Shown here in pieces: positions 28,598-39,547 of a stretch of DNA of 64,000 nt. The notes beneath the pieces are model-generated. The model was not told where the DNA came from. It worked only from the letters and a program-made list of their open reading frames with translations, and ran no database searches. This DNA comes from an uncultured Clostridia bacterium. Its GTDB lineage: Bacteria > Bacillota > Dehalobacteriia > UBA4068. Each line of letters starts with the position of its first letter. The first letter of the stretch is position 1. Both the position numbers and the translations under genes were made by a program. The stretch spans positions 262 to 64,261 of the forward strand of contig CALXRV010000066.1 of the NCBI GenBank assembly GCA_944390945.1, read 5' to 3'.

Positions 28598-30135
28598 GAA
28601 AACCGCTGTTATTGATGATCCTTGATGGTTGGGGTATGCCGGAGAAGGGGGAGGCGGATGCGCTTTCCCTTGCCAAGCTGCCAAATTTTCGCCGTCTGTG
28701 GCAGGAGCATCCGCATACTTCGCTTTCTGCAGCCGGCATGGATGTTGGCCTGCCGGAGGGGCAGATGGGAAACAGCGAAGTCGGGCACATGAATATTGGT
28801 GCAGGCCGCGTGGTCTATCAGGAATATACTTTGATCACGAAAGCGATCCGTGAAGGGACTTTCTTTGAAAATCCGGCCCTGCTGGCAGCCTGTCGTGCCG
28901 CAAAGCAACAGCATGGTGCGTTGCACTTGCTGGGTTTGCTTTCGGATGGTGGGGTACACAGCCATAGCGAACATCTTCGTGCGCTGCTACAGCTGGCAAA
29001 GCGGCAGGGGGTGGAAAACGTATTTGTGCACTGCTTTCTTGATGGCCGTGATACTCCCACTGACGCCGGTCTGGGCTATGTACAGGCGCTTGAACGTTTC
29101 TGTGCAGCGGAAGGGGTGGGTCGTATTGCGACTGTTTGCGGGCGGTTTTATGCGATGGATCGTGATAAGCGCTGGCAGCGCGTACAACGTGCATATGAGA
29201 TGATGGTTTATGGGCGCGTCGATCATACTGCGGTAAGTGCGGAAGCAGCGGTGAGCGCATCCTATGCGCGGGGACAGAGCGACGAGTTTATGGAGCCAAC
29301 GGTGATTGTAGATGCTGCCGGTCAACCGTTGACTACAATTGGCACTGGTGACAGCGTGATCTTTTTCAATTTCCGCGCAGACCGGGCACGGGAGATCAGC
29401 CATGCGCTGACGGATGCTGTGTTTGATGGCTTTGATCGTGGTGTTCAGCCGCCGCGGCTTTCTTGTTACACGACGATGACAGCGTATGACGATACGCTGC
29501 AGGGGGTAGAGGTTGCTTTCCCGCCGCACGGGATAAAGAACAACCTGGCGCAGGTTCTGGCAGCAAATTCTCTGCATCAGCTGCGGATTGCGGAAACGGA
29601 AAAATATGCCCATGTCACGTTCTTCTTTAATGGCGGTGTGGAGGATATGGTGCCAGGAGAAGATCGGGTGCTGATTCCTTCTCCCAAGGTGGAGACTTAT
29701 GACAAACAGCCGGAGATGAGCGCAGAAGCAGTGACGGATGCGGTGATCGAGCGGATCGAAAGCGGCATTTATGATGTGATCATCCTCAACTACGCTAATC
29801 CGGATATGGTTGGCCATACCGGAGTTCTGGATGCCGCAGTTCAGGCAGTAGAATGTGTTGACCTTTGTATTGGCCGTGTGGAGCGGGCTATTCACAAAAT
29901 GGGCGGCATGATGCTGATCACGGCGGATCATGGCAATGTGGAACGGATGCGAGAGCACGGCCAGCCGATGACGGCGCATACGACAAACCAGGTGCCGTTT
30001 ATCTTGGTTATGGATCCACCATTTGATGGTGCTTTGCGCAGCGGTGGTCGCTTGGAAGATATCGCGCCAACCATACTGCAGTTGTTACATCTGCAGCAAC
30101 CTTCGGAGATGACGGGACGATCTTTGCTTATCTGA
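28594..30135 (+). CDS. gpmI: 2,3-bisphosphoglycerate-independent phosphoglycerate mutase
   Basis: ATGA overlap with the tpiA stop. Contains LMILDGWG, GNSEVGHMNIGAGR and ITADHGN. Confidence 0.97.
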   Translation: MRKPLLLMILDGWGMPEKGEADALSLAKLPNFRRLWQEHPHTSLSAAGMDVGLPEGQMGNSEVGHMNIGAGRVVYQEYTLITKAIREGTFFENPALLAACRAAKQQHGALHLLGLLSDGGVHSHSEHLRALLQLAKRQGVENVFVHCFLDGRDTPTDAGLGYVQALERFCAAEGVGRIATVCGRFYAMDRDKRWQRVQRAYEMMVYGRVDHTAVSAEAAVSASYARGQSDEFMEPTVIVDAAGQPLTTIGTGDSVIFFNFRADRAREISHALTDAVFDGFDRGVQPPRLSCYTTMTAYDDTLQGVEVAFPPHGIKNNLAQVLAANSLHQLRIAETEKYAHVTFFFNGGVEDMVPGEDRVLIPSPKVETYDKQPEMSAEAVTDAVIERIESGIYDVIILNYANPDMVGHTGVLDAAVQAVECVDLCIGRVERAIHKMGGMMLITADHGNVERMREHGQPMTAHTTNQVPFILVMDPPFDGALRSGGRLEDIAPTILQLLHLQQPSEMTGRSLLI

Positions 30136-30230
30136 TTGAATTTAATGGGTATAGACGAGTGTAGCGTTGGATACAATGTGCCGGCTGCCAGTGTGGAACA
30201 GAGAATGTTGCGGTTGGCATGAGATGATAA

Positions 30231-31526
<1,296 letters not shown>

Positions 31527-31594
31527 TTTATGCGATAGGGCAAAGAGGATATAGCGCTTTTCTATTGTTAGCATATAAAAATAGATTAAAGCTA

Positions 31595-31623
31595 TTGTCA
31601 TTGCCCGTAAGCTATGCTATAGT
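31595..31623 (+). promoter_or_regulatory. secG promoter
   Basis: TTGTCA (31595-31600), 17-nt spacer, TATGcTATAGT (31613-31623). Confidence 0.6.
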
Positions 31624-31679
31624 AGTGTGGTTAGCTTTATCAGTAAATATATCTTATGCAAATTGCTGGAGGTGAAACA

Positions 31680-31907
31680 ATGGTTGTATTTTTGACAATT
31701 CTGCAGGTGCTCGTATGCCTGGGTGTTATTGCTGCGGTTGTTCTGCAGTCTGGTAAGAGTGCGGGGCTTTCCGGTTCGATCGCCGGCGGTGCAGAGGCCT
31801 TTTTTGGCGGCAAGAAGAAGGGGCTTGACGAGCTGCTGGGAAAAATAACAAGATGGCTGGCCGCGGCATTTCTTGTGCTCACTTTATTGATCACCATCCT
31901 GCAATAG
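31680..31907 (+). CDS. secG: Preprotein translocase subunit SecG
   Basis: Start after GGAGGTGAAACA. 75 aa, two TM helices, VLLQSGKSAGLSG motif. Confidence 0.85.
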   Translation: MVVFLTILQVLVCLGVIAAVVLQSGKSAGLSGSIAGGAEAFFGGKKKGLDELLGKITRWLAAAFLVLTLLITILQ

Positions 31908-31934
31908 CCAAGCGGTTATTTCTTTTTCATTGAT

Positions 31935-31964
31935 CGCTGTGCGCGGGGATTCCCCCGCACAGCG
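31935..31964 (+). terminator. GC-rich hairpin after secG (poor U-tract)
   Basis: CGCTGTGCG(C)GGGG-ATT-CCCCCGCACAGCG, followed by GTGTCCGTTGTTTG. Confidence 0.5.
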
Positions 31965-32033
31965 GTGTCCGTTGTTTGCAGCAGTGGGAACATAACGGGA
32001 TTATTTAATGGAAAACAGGAGGCATAATAAACT

Positions 32034-34058
32034 GTGGATGCGTTATTGTATTTTGCGCCGATTGCAGGTATCTGCGCCCTGCTGTTCGCGTTTTATCTGA
32101 TCCGCCGCATTACCGCGATGGATGCCGGTAATGCGCGCATGCAGGAGATTGCTGCTGCGATTCATGCCGGCGCGATGGCATTTTTGGGCCGCCAATATAA
32201 GACTCTGGTTATTTTTATATTGATTATCGTAGTGATCATTTCCGTGGTTGGCCTGCTGACGACGGGTGCGGACAGCTTGAAGCCGGCGACTGCCCTCGCA
32301 TTTGCCATCGGTGCTGCCTGCTCGATTCTGGCTGGTAATATCGGAATGCGCATTGCGACCAAGGCAAATGTACGTACGGCAAACGCGGCTTATCAAAGCG
32401 GTCTAAATAAAGCTTTAACATGTGCATTTTCCGGCGGCGCCGTGATGGGGATGAGCGTAGTTGGTCTTGGTTTGCTTGGTTTGGGGATTGTCGTACTTTT
32501 CAGCAATGATTCTTCCATCATCAATGGCTTCAGCTTTGGCGCTTCTTCAGTTGCATTGTTTGGCCGTGTAGGCGGCGGCATCTATACCAAAGCAGCGGAT
32601 GTGGGTGCTGATCTTGTCGGTAAAGTAGAGGCAGGTATCCCGGAGGATGATCCGCGCAACCCTGCTACGATTGCGGATAATGTTGGTGATAATGTCGGTG
32701 ATGTTGCAGGGATGGGGTCTGACTTGTTTGAATCCTATGTTGGCTCCGTAATTGCGGCGATCGCGCTGGGCGCGTCGTTGCAGATTCCGAATGGCGTGAT
32801 CGCACCGATGCTGATTGCTGCTGTCGGTATTTTGGCCTCGATCATCGGCACGTTTTTCGTCAATGTCAAGGAAGGCGGTAATCCGCAGAAATCCCTGAAC
32901 CGCGGGCAGATCATTTCGACGGTGCTTGCGATCATCGGTATTCTGATTGTCTGCCTCACCGTTTTGGATGAGGGCTATGTCGTTGGCGACAAGAGCTACA
33001 CGGCGCTTGGCGTTTTTGCTTCCGCTTGCGCCGGCCTGCTCGTTGGGTTTGTCATCGGTAATGTGACGGAATATTATACTTCTGCTGATTACTCGCCGGT
33101 CAAGAGGATCGCAAAATCCTGCGAAACCGGCACGGCAACCAATATCATTTCCGGTGTGGCTACAGGTATGCTTTCGACTGCAATACCGATCATCCTCGTG
33201 GCGATTGGCATTCTGATCGCTTATGCCTGCGCCGGTCTTTATGGCATCGCAATGGCTGCGGTCGGTATGCTTGCGACTACCGGCATGGTCGTGGCAGTGG
33301 ACGCTTATGGCCCGATCTCGGATAATGCCGGCGGTATCGCAGAGATGTCCGAGCTGCCGCACGAGGTGCGCGAGATCACGGATAAACTGGACAGCGTAGG
33401 CAATACAACGGCAGCGATCGGCAAAGGGTTTGCCATCGGCTCTGCTGCCCTGACCGCGTTGGCTTTGTTTACCGCCTATACACAAGCGGTTGGCATTTCC
33501 GATATCAATATCCTTGATCCGGTCGTTGTCGTAGGCCTCTTCATTGGCGGTATGCTGCCCTTCCTTTTCTGTGCGATGACGATGAATTCGGTCGGCCGCG
33601 CGGCACAGTCAATGATCGAAGAGGTACGCCGTCAGTTCCGTGAAGTGACCGGCCTACTGGAAGGGAAAGCAAAACCTGATTATGCCCGTTGCGTCGATAT
33701 CAGCTGCCAGGCTGCTTTGCGCGAAATGGTTCCGCCGAGCGTGATGGCGGTGGTCGTACCGTTGTTTATCGGGCTCTGCCCTGGCCTTGGGCCGGAATGC
33801 CTGGGTGGTGTGCTTTGTGGTACGCTGGTCACCGGTTTCCTGCTTGCGATTTTCCTGGCCAATTCTGGCGGTGCATGGGATAATGCGAAGAAGTATATTG
33901 AAGAAGGTCATCATGGCGGCAAAGGGTCTGAGCCGCATGCCGCTGCAGTTAATGGCGATACGGTGGGCGATCCATTTAAGGATACTTCTGGTCCTTCGTT
34001 GAATATCCTGATTAAGCTGATGACCATTATCGCGCTTGTTTTTGCGCCGCTTTTCTAA
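32034..34058 (+). CDS. hppA: Membrane-bound pyrophosphate-energised cation pump, K+-dependent type
   Basis: GTG start. Contains DNVGDNVGD and [18 protein letters not shown]; Ala rather than Lys in GNTT(A/K) indicates the K+-stimulated subfamily. Confidence 0.93.
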   Translation: MDALLYFAPIAGICALLFAFYLIRRITAMDAGNARMQEIAAAIHAGAMAFLGRQYKTLVIFILIIVVIISVVGLLTTGADSLKPATALAFAIGAACSILAGNIGMRIATKANVRTANAAYQSGLNKALTCAFSGGAVMGMSVVGLGLLGLGIVVLFSNDSSIINGFSFGASSVALFGRVGGGIYTKAADVGADLVGKVEAGIPEDDPRNPATIADNVGDNVGDVAGMGSDLFESYVGSVIAAIALGASLQIPNGVIAPMLIAAVGILASIIGTFFVNVKEGGNPQKSLNRGQIISTVLAIIGILIVCLTVLDEGYVVGDKSYTALGVFASACAGLLVGFVIGNVTEYYTSADYSPVKRIAKSCETGTATNIISGVATGMLSTAIPIILVAIGILIAYACAGLYGIAMAAVGMLATTGMVVAVDAYGPISDNAGGIAEMSELPHEVREITDKLDSVGNTTAAIGKGFAIGSAALTALALFTAYTQAVGISDINILDPVVVVGLFIGGMLPFLFCAMTMNSVGRAAQSMIEEVRRQFREVTGLLEGKAKPDYARCVDISCQAALREMVPPSVMAVVVPLFIGLCPGLGPECLGGVLCGTLVTGFLLAIFLANSGGAWDNAKKYIEEGHHGGKGSEPHAAAVNGDTVGDPFKDTSGPSLNILIKLMTIIALVFAPLF

Positions 34059-34083
34059 ACCAGCTGAATGTTATGGTCTGCGG

Positions 34084-34119
34084 AAAGGGCCGGATACATC
34101 GTCCGGCTCTTTTCTTTTA
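34084..34119 (+). terminator. Rho-independent terminator
   Basis: Stem around GCCGGA/TCCGGC, extended by flanking pairs, followed by TTTTCTTTTA. Confidence 0.8.
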
Positions 34120-34177
34120 TCGAAAATATGTTATACTGATTAAAGTTGGGGTGTAATCCAGATTACAGGAGCAGAAG

Positions 34178-35353
34178 ATGCAGGAGATTTACTTTGACAA
34201 TTCCAGCACGACCCGTGTTTGCGACCAGGCGCTGGCAGAAGCAGTGAAAGAAATGCAGCAGGAATATGGCAATCCGGGTTCGGTGCATCATCTTGGCGCG
34301 CAGGCGTTTCATGCTTTACAGGCCGCGCATACCAGTCTGGCCAGCGCGCTGCATGCGCTGCCGGAGGAGATCTATTTTACCGGCAGCGGGACGGAAGCCA
34401 ACAATATGCTGATATTTGGCGTGGCGGAGGCACGCGCCAGGGCTGGACGGCGTATCCTCGTTTCCGCAGTTGAACATCCTTCGGTCAGTGAACCGGCAAA
34501 ATATTTGCTGAGTCGGGGTTTTGATGTGCATTTCATCCCGGTTGATCCGCAGGGACGTATTCGGCTGGATGCCTTGGCTGAGCTGCTGAATGAGGAAACG
34601 ATCTTAGTCAGCATTATGCATGTCAACAACGAGACCGGTACGATACAGCCGTTGACAGAAGCTGGCAGCCTGATCCGTCGCTTGGCGCCGCAGGCGATCT
34701 TTCATGTGGACGGCGTGCAGTCGTTTGGCCGGGTGGCGGTGGATCTGGCTGCCTGGCAGGCAGACGCTTTTGTCGCCAGCGGGCATAAGATTCATGCGCC
34801 GAAAGGGATCGCGCTGCTGTGGTTGAAAAAAGAACGCCGGATTCCGCCACTGCTGCGCGGTGGCGGGCAAGAGCGGGGCATGCGTTCAGGCACGGAGAAT
34901 ATGCCTGGGATCTGCGCTTTTGCCAAAGCGTCTGAGATTGCCTGCGCCGGTATGCAGGAATATGCTCGGCAGATGCATCATGTAAAGCAGGTTTTGCTGG
35001 ATGCCGTATCCGCATCATTATCGGATGTATATGTCAATGGGCCACCATTGGCGGAGGCTGCGCCGCATATCCTCAATCTTTCTTTTCCCGGTGCGCGCAG
35101 CGAAGTACTGCTGCATTATCTGGAGGAAAAAGGCGTATATGTATCTGCTGGATCTGCCTGCAATTCACGCAGCAGCAAGGGCAGCCCGGTGATTGAGGCT
35201 TTGGGTATCTCGCCAGAACGGGTCGATTCTGCACTGCGCTTCAGCTTCAGCCGCGAGAATACGCCTGAGGAAGCGTTGGCTGCAGCGGAGGTGCTTCAAG
35301 CGGCGGTGACAGAGATCCGCTTATGGATGGGACGGAACCGGAAGCGAAGATAA
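34178..35353 (+). CDS. Cysteine desulfurase (NifS/IscS family), thiI-linked
   Basis: TATGTTATACT extended -10 at 34127-34137. Contains SGHKIHAPKG (PLP lysine), RSGTENMPG and SAGSACNS. Confidence 0.9.
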   Translation: MQEIYFDNSSTTRVCDQALAEAVKEMQQEYGNPGSVHHLGAQAFHALQAAHTSLASALHALPEEIYFTGSGTEANNMLIFGVAEARARAGRRILVSAVEHPSVSEPAKYLLSRGFDVHFIPVDPQGRIRLDALAELLNEETILVSIMHVNNETGTIQPLTEAGSLIRRLAPQAIFHVDGVQSFGRVAVDLAAWQADAFVASGHKIHAPKGIALLWLKKERRIPPLLRGGGQERGMRSGTENMPGICAFAKASEIACAGMQEYARQMHHVKQVLLDAVSASLSDVYVNGPPLAEAAPHILNLSFPGARSEVLLHYLEEKGVYVSAGSACNSRSSKGSPVIEALGISPERVDSALRFSFSRENTPEEALAAAEVLQAAVTEIRLWMGRNRKRR

Positions 35354-35372
35354 GAATGGATGGAGAAAAGAC

Positions 35373-36563
35373 ATGGAAATCGCAAAGGATAAACAGCTCC
35401 TTTTGATCCGCTATGGCGAACTGGGCTTGAAGGGGCGGAATAAGAATATATTCATTCATAAATTGGTGCATAATATCCGTACCGCATTGAAGGGTCTGGA
35501 CGGATGCGATGTGACTTCTACCTGGGGGAGGGTATGGGTGACGGCAGAGCCTGGCCAAGCGGCAGAGGCTTTGCAGCGGCTGCGCTGCGTGTTCGGGATC
35601 TATTCCATTTCGCCGGCGCATGCGGCGGAAAAGGAGCTGTCTGCAATCAGTGCCGTTGCTTTTGATGTACTGCAAGAGGCATTGCCGGCAGGTGGCACTT
35701 TTAAGGTGGAGACGCGCCGTGCAGATAAAACATTTCCCGGCACTTCGCCGGAGATTAGCCGCGCCATCGCCACTTATATTTTTGATCGCCTGGCCGGCGA
35801 TAGCCGCTATGATGCGGATATGCATCATCCGGATATCACTGTGGATGTGGAGATTCGCGGTGAAGGCGCTTTTGTGTACGGCGCTACGGTTCCTGGCGCT
35901 GGTGGCTTGCCGGTTAGCTCTGGCGGAAAGGCCCTGCTGTTGCTTTCCGGCGGTATCGATAGTCCGGTTGCCGGCTGGATGGCATTAAAGCGCGGGGTGG
36001 CGATCGAAGCGATCCATTTTCATAGCTTCCCATTTACCGGTGAAAAAAGTAAGGAAAAAGTATTTGCGCTGTGCCGCATATTGGCTCGTTGGCAGAACGC
36101 GCCGGTAAAGCTGCATGTTGTGCATTTTACCGAAATACAGAAAGCGATTTATGCCAATGGCGAAGCAGAGTATGGCATCACGTTGATGCGCCGTATGATG
36201 TTTCGCCTTGCAGAACGTATTGCAGCGCAGCGGCGTTGCCTTGCGTTGTATACGGGAGAAAGCGTCGGGCAGGTGGCATCGCAGACGTTGGAGAGCATGG
36301 CAGTGATCAACTCTGTGATTGATCTGCCTGTGCTGCGCCCGTTGGTTGGGATGGACAAAGAAGAGATCATGGCATTGGCGCGCAGCATCGGCAGTTATGA
36401 TATCTCCATTTTGCCCTACGAGGACTGCTGTACTGTATTTTTACCCAAATACCCGAAGATTCGTCCGGTGAAGGCGGAAGCGGAAAAACTGGAAGAAAAC
36501 CTGGATATTGAAGCGTTGCTTTCAGAAGCTCTGGCCAGGACGGAAACGCTGACTTTGTCATAA
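35373..36563 (+). CDS. thiI: tRNA 4-thiouridine synthase ThiI (no rhodanese domain)
   Basis: Contains LIRYGELGLKGRN (ferredoxin-like/THUMP region) and PP-loop LLSGGIDSPVAGW. Confidence 0.93.
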   Translation: MEIAKDKQLLLIRYGELGLKGRNKNIFIHKLVHNIRTALKGLDGCDVTSTWGRVWVTAEPGQAAEALQRLRCVFGIYSISPAHAAEKELSAISAVAFDVLQEALPAGGTFKVETRRADKTFPGTSPEISRAIATYIFDRLAGDSRYDADMHHPDITVDVEIRGEGAFVYGATVPGAGGLPVSSGGKALLLLSGGIDSPVAGWMALKRGVAIEAIHFHSFPFTGEKSKEKVFALCRILARWQNAPVKLHVVHFTEIQKAIYANGEAEYGITLMRRMMFRLAERIAAQRRCLALYTGESVGQVASQTLESMAVINSVIDLPVLRPLVGMDKEEIMALARSIGSYDISILPYEDCCTVFLPKYPKIRPVKAEAEKLEENLDIEALLSEALARTETLTLS

Positions 36564-36630
36564 TTCACCGCTAGGATTTTTTTGCAAGATATGCTATAAT
36601 TCTTTTGTATTATTTGCGGAAGGGGTAGTC

Positions 36631-37104
36631 ATGGCCGAGCAAAAGGGAAAACTGAAAATGGTCTGCGATAACCGTAAAGCACGCCATGAATTCCATTTTC
36701 TGGAAACCTATGAGGCTGGCATAGAATTGTTTGGTACGGAAGTGAAATCGCTTCGCGCTGGCCAGGCAAATCTGCAGGATGCTTATGCAAAGGTGGAAAA
36801 CGGCGAGATGTGGCTTTACAATATGCACATCAGTCCATATGCAATGGGCAATCGCTTTAACCGCGAACCCAAGCGTCCACGTCGGCTGCTGCTGCATAAG
36901 CAGGAAATTATAAAGCTATATAGCAAGGTGCGGGAAAAAGGATTGACGATCGTGCCGGTAAAGGTTTACTTTAACGGTTCGCTGGCGAAGGTGGAGATCG
37001 CGCTGGCGCAGGGCAAGAAGCTATATGATAAGCGAGAGGATCTGGTTGCCCGCGCAGTACGGCGGGATACGGAACGTGCATTGAAGGAAAGGAGCCGTGG
37101 CTAG
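36631..37104 (+). CDS. smpB: SsrA-binding protein
   Basis: Contains NRKARHEFHFLETYEAGIELFGTEVKSLR. TATGcTATAAT extended -10 at 36590-36600. Confidence 0.96.
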   Translation: MAEQKGKLKMVCDNRKARHEFHFLETYEAGIELFGTEVKSLRAGQANLQDAYAKVENGEMWLYNMHISPYAMGNRFNREPKRPRRLLLHKQEIIKLYSKVREKGLTIVPVKVYFNGSLAKVEIALAQGKKLYDKREDLVARAVRRDTERALKERSRG

Positions 37105-37106
37105 CA

Positions 37107-37325
37107 ATGGGCCTGTTTGATCGAGACGACGAGAACCAGCCGGTTTGGATTAATGGCAATGCTTTGGTTTGCCCGGTATGTGGCAACGATCATTTCTGGT
37201 CGCGGGAGACGCAGCTGAATACGGCTGGCATGACTTTTCTCGGTCTGGATTGGGCAAATGTCAGTGCACAGAATTATGTTTGCAGTGAGTGTGGTTATAT
37301 GTTTTGGTTCCACCCGATAAAGTGA
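37107..37325 (+). CDS. Small zinc-ribbon protein (72 aa), function unknown
   Basis: 2-nt gap after smpB. Two CxxC pairs (CPVCGNDHF...CSECGYMFWF) flank QLNTAGMTFLGLDWAN. Ends 7 nt before the tmRNA 5' end. Confidence 0.65.
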   Translation: MGLFDRDDENQPVWINGNALVCPVCGNDHFWSRETQLNTAGMTFLGLDWANVSAQNYVCSECGYMFWFHPIK

Positions 37326-37332
37326 TGGCTAT

Positions 37333-37678
37333 GGGGCTGTACCGGTTTCGACGGGGGAAAGATTGGCATAGGAAGCGAGCCGGGGTGCCTGCGCCCGAAA
37401 ACGCGGAAAACAATTTATTTGCCAAACCGAATTACGCTTTAGCTGCTTAATTGCAGTCTAACCCTGACTATGCTTCGCCCATAGGGCATACGACGGGTCA
37501 TCAATATGGGCTTTCTGCTGCAGGCTCGGCCTGACCTGCGGCAGGAGAACCAAGGCCTGGCGGGGGCAAAGGCTGTTTGTAGCCGTTGTCCGCGCGAGAT
37601 CTAAAATACAAACTGCGCTCGGAGAGGCTTGTGTGGATCTTCTTTCGGACAGGGGTTCAACTCCCCTCAGCTCCACCA
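37333..37678 (+). ncRNA. ssrA: tmRNA (SsrA), one-piece
   Basis: 5' GGGGCUGUACCGGUUUCGACGGGG and 3' GGACAGGGGUUCAACUCCCCUCAGCUCCACCA. Acceptor stem has a G3-U pair and encoded CCA. Tag ORF ends ...AKPNYALAA-TAA (stop 37448-37450); possible resume codons are GCG 37403 (AENNLFAKPNYALAA) or GCC 37421. Confidence 0.95.
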
Positions 37679-37682
37679 GATA

Positions 37683-37735
37683 AGCGCCGCGATTTTGATG
37701 CAAGACGTATTAAAATTGCGGCGCTAATATTTTTG
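37683..37735 (+). terminator. Rho-independent terminator of ssrA
   Basis: 14-bp stem AGCGCCGCGATTTT/AAAATTGCGGCGCT (one G-U pair), then AATATTTTT. Confidence 0.8.
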
Positions 37736-37901
37736 TAAAGTGCGCTTTGGCTTCCTGCTTAGTTCAGCAAGGAGCTAAGTTACGGAAATAATTGCAGAAA
37801 TTGTCCTGGATCATTTCGCGATAAGAAAGGTATTTTGCTAAGTTAGCATTTGATCAGCCTGCGCTACGCCTCCCGCAGGTTTCCAAAATAGGAGATAATT
37901 T

Positions 37902-38321
37902 ATGGCATCAAAAAAAAGTGCTTATATATTTATCCTATGTGCTGCATTGCTCATCACAGGTATATTTGGGCTATCTTCACCGGAGAAAAGAGCTGCTGGT
38001 TTTGTCGAAAGAAATGGTGATGCATTTGCAGAGCTGGTAAGGAGTAACCAAGTGATTCCCTCGACATGGGGCAAGCAGACCATCGAAATTTGGGATGAAG
38101 AACATCTCATGTATGAATTTGTATTGGGGCATGGATTTGGTGATAAGCAATATTGGGGAGTTTACTATTTTCCAGATGATGTACCCTTACCGTTTCAAAA
38201 TACCGATATCCAGTTGTCGGCTACGGACAAAAACAGTTGGGTCTGGCAATCCGATGGAGACAACCATGGGAAGACGAAGAAAATCACAGACCGATGGTAT
38301 TACTTTGAGGCATCTTTCTGA
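37902..38321 (+). CDS. Hypothetical membrane-anchored/secreted protein (139 aa)
   Basis: SD AGGAGA. N-terminal hydrophobic anchor AYIFILCAALLITGIFGL. No family recognised. AT-rich (37% GC in 37921-37980 by hand count). Confidence 0.55.
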   Translation: MASKKSAYIFILCAALLITGIFGLSSPEKRAAGFVERNGDAFAELVRSNQVIPSTWGKQTIEIWDEEHLMYEFVLGHGFGDKQYWGVYYFPDDVPLPFQNTDIQLSATDKNSWVWQSDGDNHGKTKKITDRWYYFEASF

Positions 38322-38448
38322 ACGGGTGCTGTTTTCAACGGCTACTGTCTGGCACAGCAAGGCATTTGCTTCAGCCACCAGATTCTTTTCCTATGATTAG
38401 GCAGCCGCTGGAAAAGTTGTACACCGGACCTTTTCTTCCTAATAGCCG

Positions 38449-38481
38449 AAGAAATAAAAACCGCGGCCTTCAAGGCTGCGG
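38449..38481 (-). terminator. Minus-strand intrinsic terminator with no obvious upstream gene
   Basis: Stem CCGCAGCC/GGCCGCGG (one G-U pair) with a 5-nt loop, followed on the minus strand by TTTTTATTTC. Confidence 0.5.
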
Positions 38482-38594
38482 TGAAAGGAGAGGGATTCTG
38501 CAGAAGCGACATATCTCTTCCTGCCCTGGCATCTGTTGCGAAGAAAAGGATCAGGCACAAGCCAATTCAACAAAGCAGATCGGCTTTTCCTGTT

Positions 38595-38625
38595 TCCGCC
38601 TGCGCAGCTGGGCGGGTTTTTGTTT
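38595..38625 (+). terminator. Plus-strand terminator-like hairpin with no obvious upstream gene
   Basis: TCCGCC...GGCGGG stem followed by TTTTTGTTT, about 275 nt after the nearest plus-strand stop. Confidence 0.4.
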
Positions 38626-38654
38626 GCCGGGCATTTCCGGCGTGGTGGGCGCTG

Positions 38655-38695
38655 TGTGATTTTATCACAGTTTAGTTTAACATTTTTATGATACT
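38655..38695 (+). promoter_or_regulatory. Crp/Fnr-type palindrome plus extended -10 promoter of the ferredoxin pair
   Basis: TGTGAT-TTT-ATCACA (38655-38669, perfect) is centred about 40 bp upstream of the start point predicted from TATGATACT (38687-95). Confidence 0.55.
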
Positions 38696-38725
38696 ATAGG
38701 CTCACCAAAAGCAGGGAGGCGTTTT

Positions 38726-38938
38726 GTGGCTTTGAAAGGGAAAAAACGTTGTGTTGCTGTTGTGGACCAGAAAACCTGCGTGGCCTGTGGCTGCTGCGTG
38801 AAGGTCTGCCCATGCCAGGCGATCAGGATCGTTCAGGGCGTCGTTGCACAGATAGCAGGGGAGGCATGCGTGGGCTGCGGCAGATGCGCCCAAGAGTGCC
38901 CGGCAAGCGTTATCGAGCTCCGAGAGGTGCAGGCATGA
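38726..38938 (+). CDS. 2x[4Fe-4S] ferredoxin (70 aa)
   Basis: GTG start 6 nt after GGGAGG. Contains CVACGCCVKVCP and CVGCGRCAQECP. Confidence 0.85.
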   Translation: MALKGKKRCVAVVDQKTCVACGCCVKVCPCQAIRIVQGVVAQIAGEACVGCGRCAQECPASVIELREVQA

Positions 38939-39513
38939 AAAAGCATTGGTATGATTATTTGTGGATTGCTTCTTTGCTTTATCTCCTGCTGGGTTTCTTT
39001 AATATCCTGTTCGCCTGGTTGGGGCTGTTATGCTTCTTTATTCCTCTGGTTTTCTCTGTGGCCCGCGGAAGCAAGGGGTATTGTAATCGGTATTGTGGTC
39101 GTGGGCAGCTCTTTGGTTTACTGGGGGGTGGCTTCGGCCTATCTCGCAGGAAAAATGTTCCACAGTGGATGAAGAGCCACTATTTTCGCTATGGCTTTCT
39201 GGCTTTTTTCCTCATCATGTTTTTCCTGATGTTGTGGAATACTTATCTGGTATTTGCCGGAGCACAAGATCTCAAACAAACCGTCACCCTGTTGTGGAGC
39301 TTCCGTCTGCCATGGAACTGGGCATACCAGGGCACTTTGTTCCACCCCGGCGTAGCGCAGTTCGCCTTTGGCTTTTACAGCATTATGCTGACTTCCACCA
39401 TTCTCGGCCTGATTACCATGCTGCTATTCAAGCCGCGCAGCTGGTGCGTCTACTGCCCGATGGGTACCATGACGCAGCTGATCTGCAAAGCAAGGCGAGG
39501 AAACCGCGCCTGA
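38935..39513 (+). CDS. Membrane protein with cytoplasmic Cys motifs (Fer4_5 / NapH-NosR N-terminal-like 4Fe-4S binding protein)
   Basis: ATGA overlap with the ferredoxin stop. 192 aa, 4-5 TM helices, GYCNRYCGRG and SWCVYCPMG. The track ORF 38749.. has a spurious 5' extension. Confidence 0.7.
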   Translation: MKKHWYDYLWIASLLYLLLGFFNILFAWLGLLCFFIPLVFSVARGSKGYCNRYCGRGQLFGLLGGGFGLSRRKNVPQWMKSHYFRYGFLAFFLIMFFLMLWNTYLVFAGAQDLKQTVTLLWSFRLPWNWAYQGTLFHPGVAQFAFGFYSIMLTSTILGLITMLLFKPRSWCVYCPMGTMTQLICKARRGNRA

Positions 39514-39547
39514 GAAGATGGCGTCTGGGGATGGATAGCATCAGTAT

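Noticed and set aside
38749-39513. 254-aa track ORF overlapping the ferredoxin gene in another frame.
   Set aside because: The first 62 codons (MCCCCGPENLRG...) are an out-of-frame read of the ferredoxin gene. The real start is the ATG at 38935, which overlaps the ferredoxin stop (ATGA).
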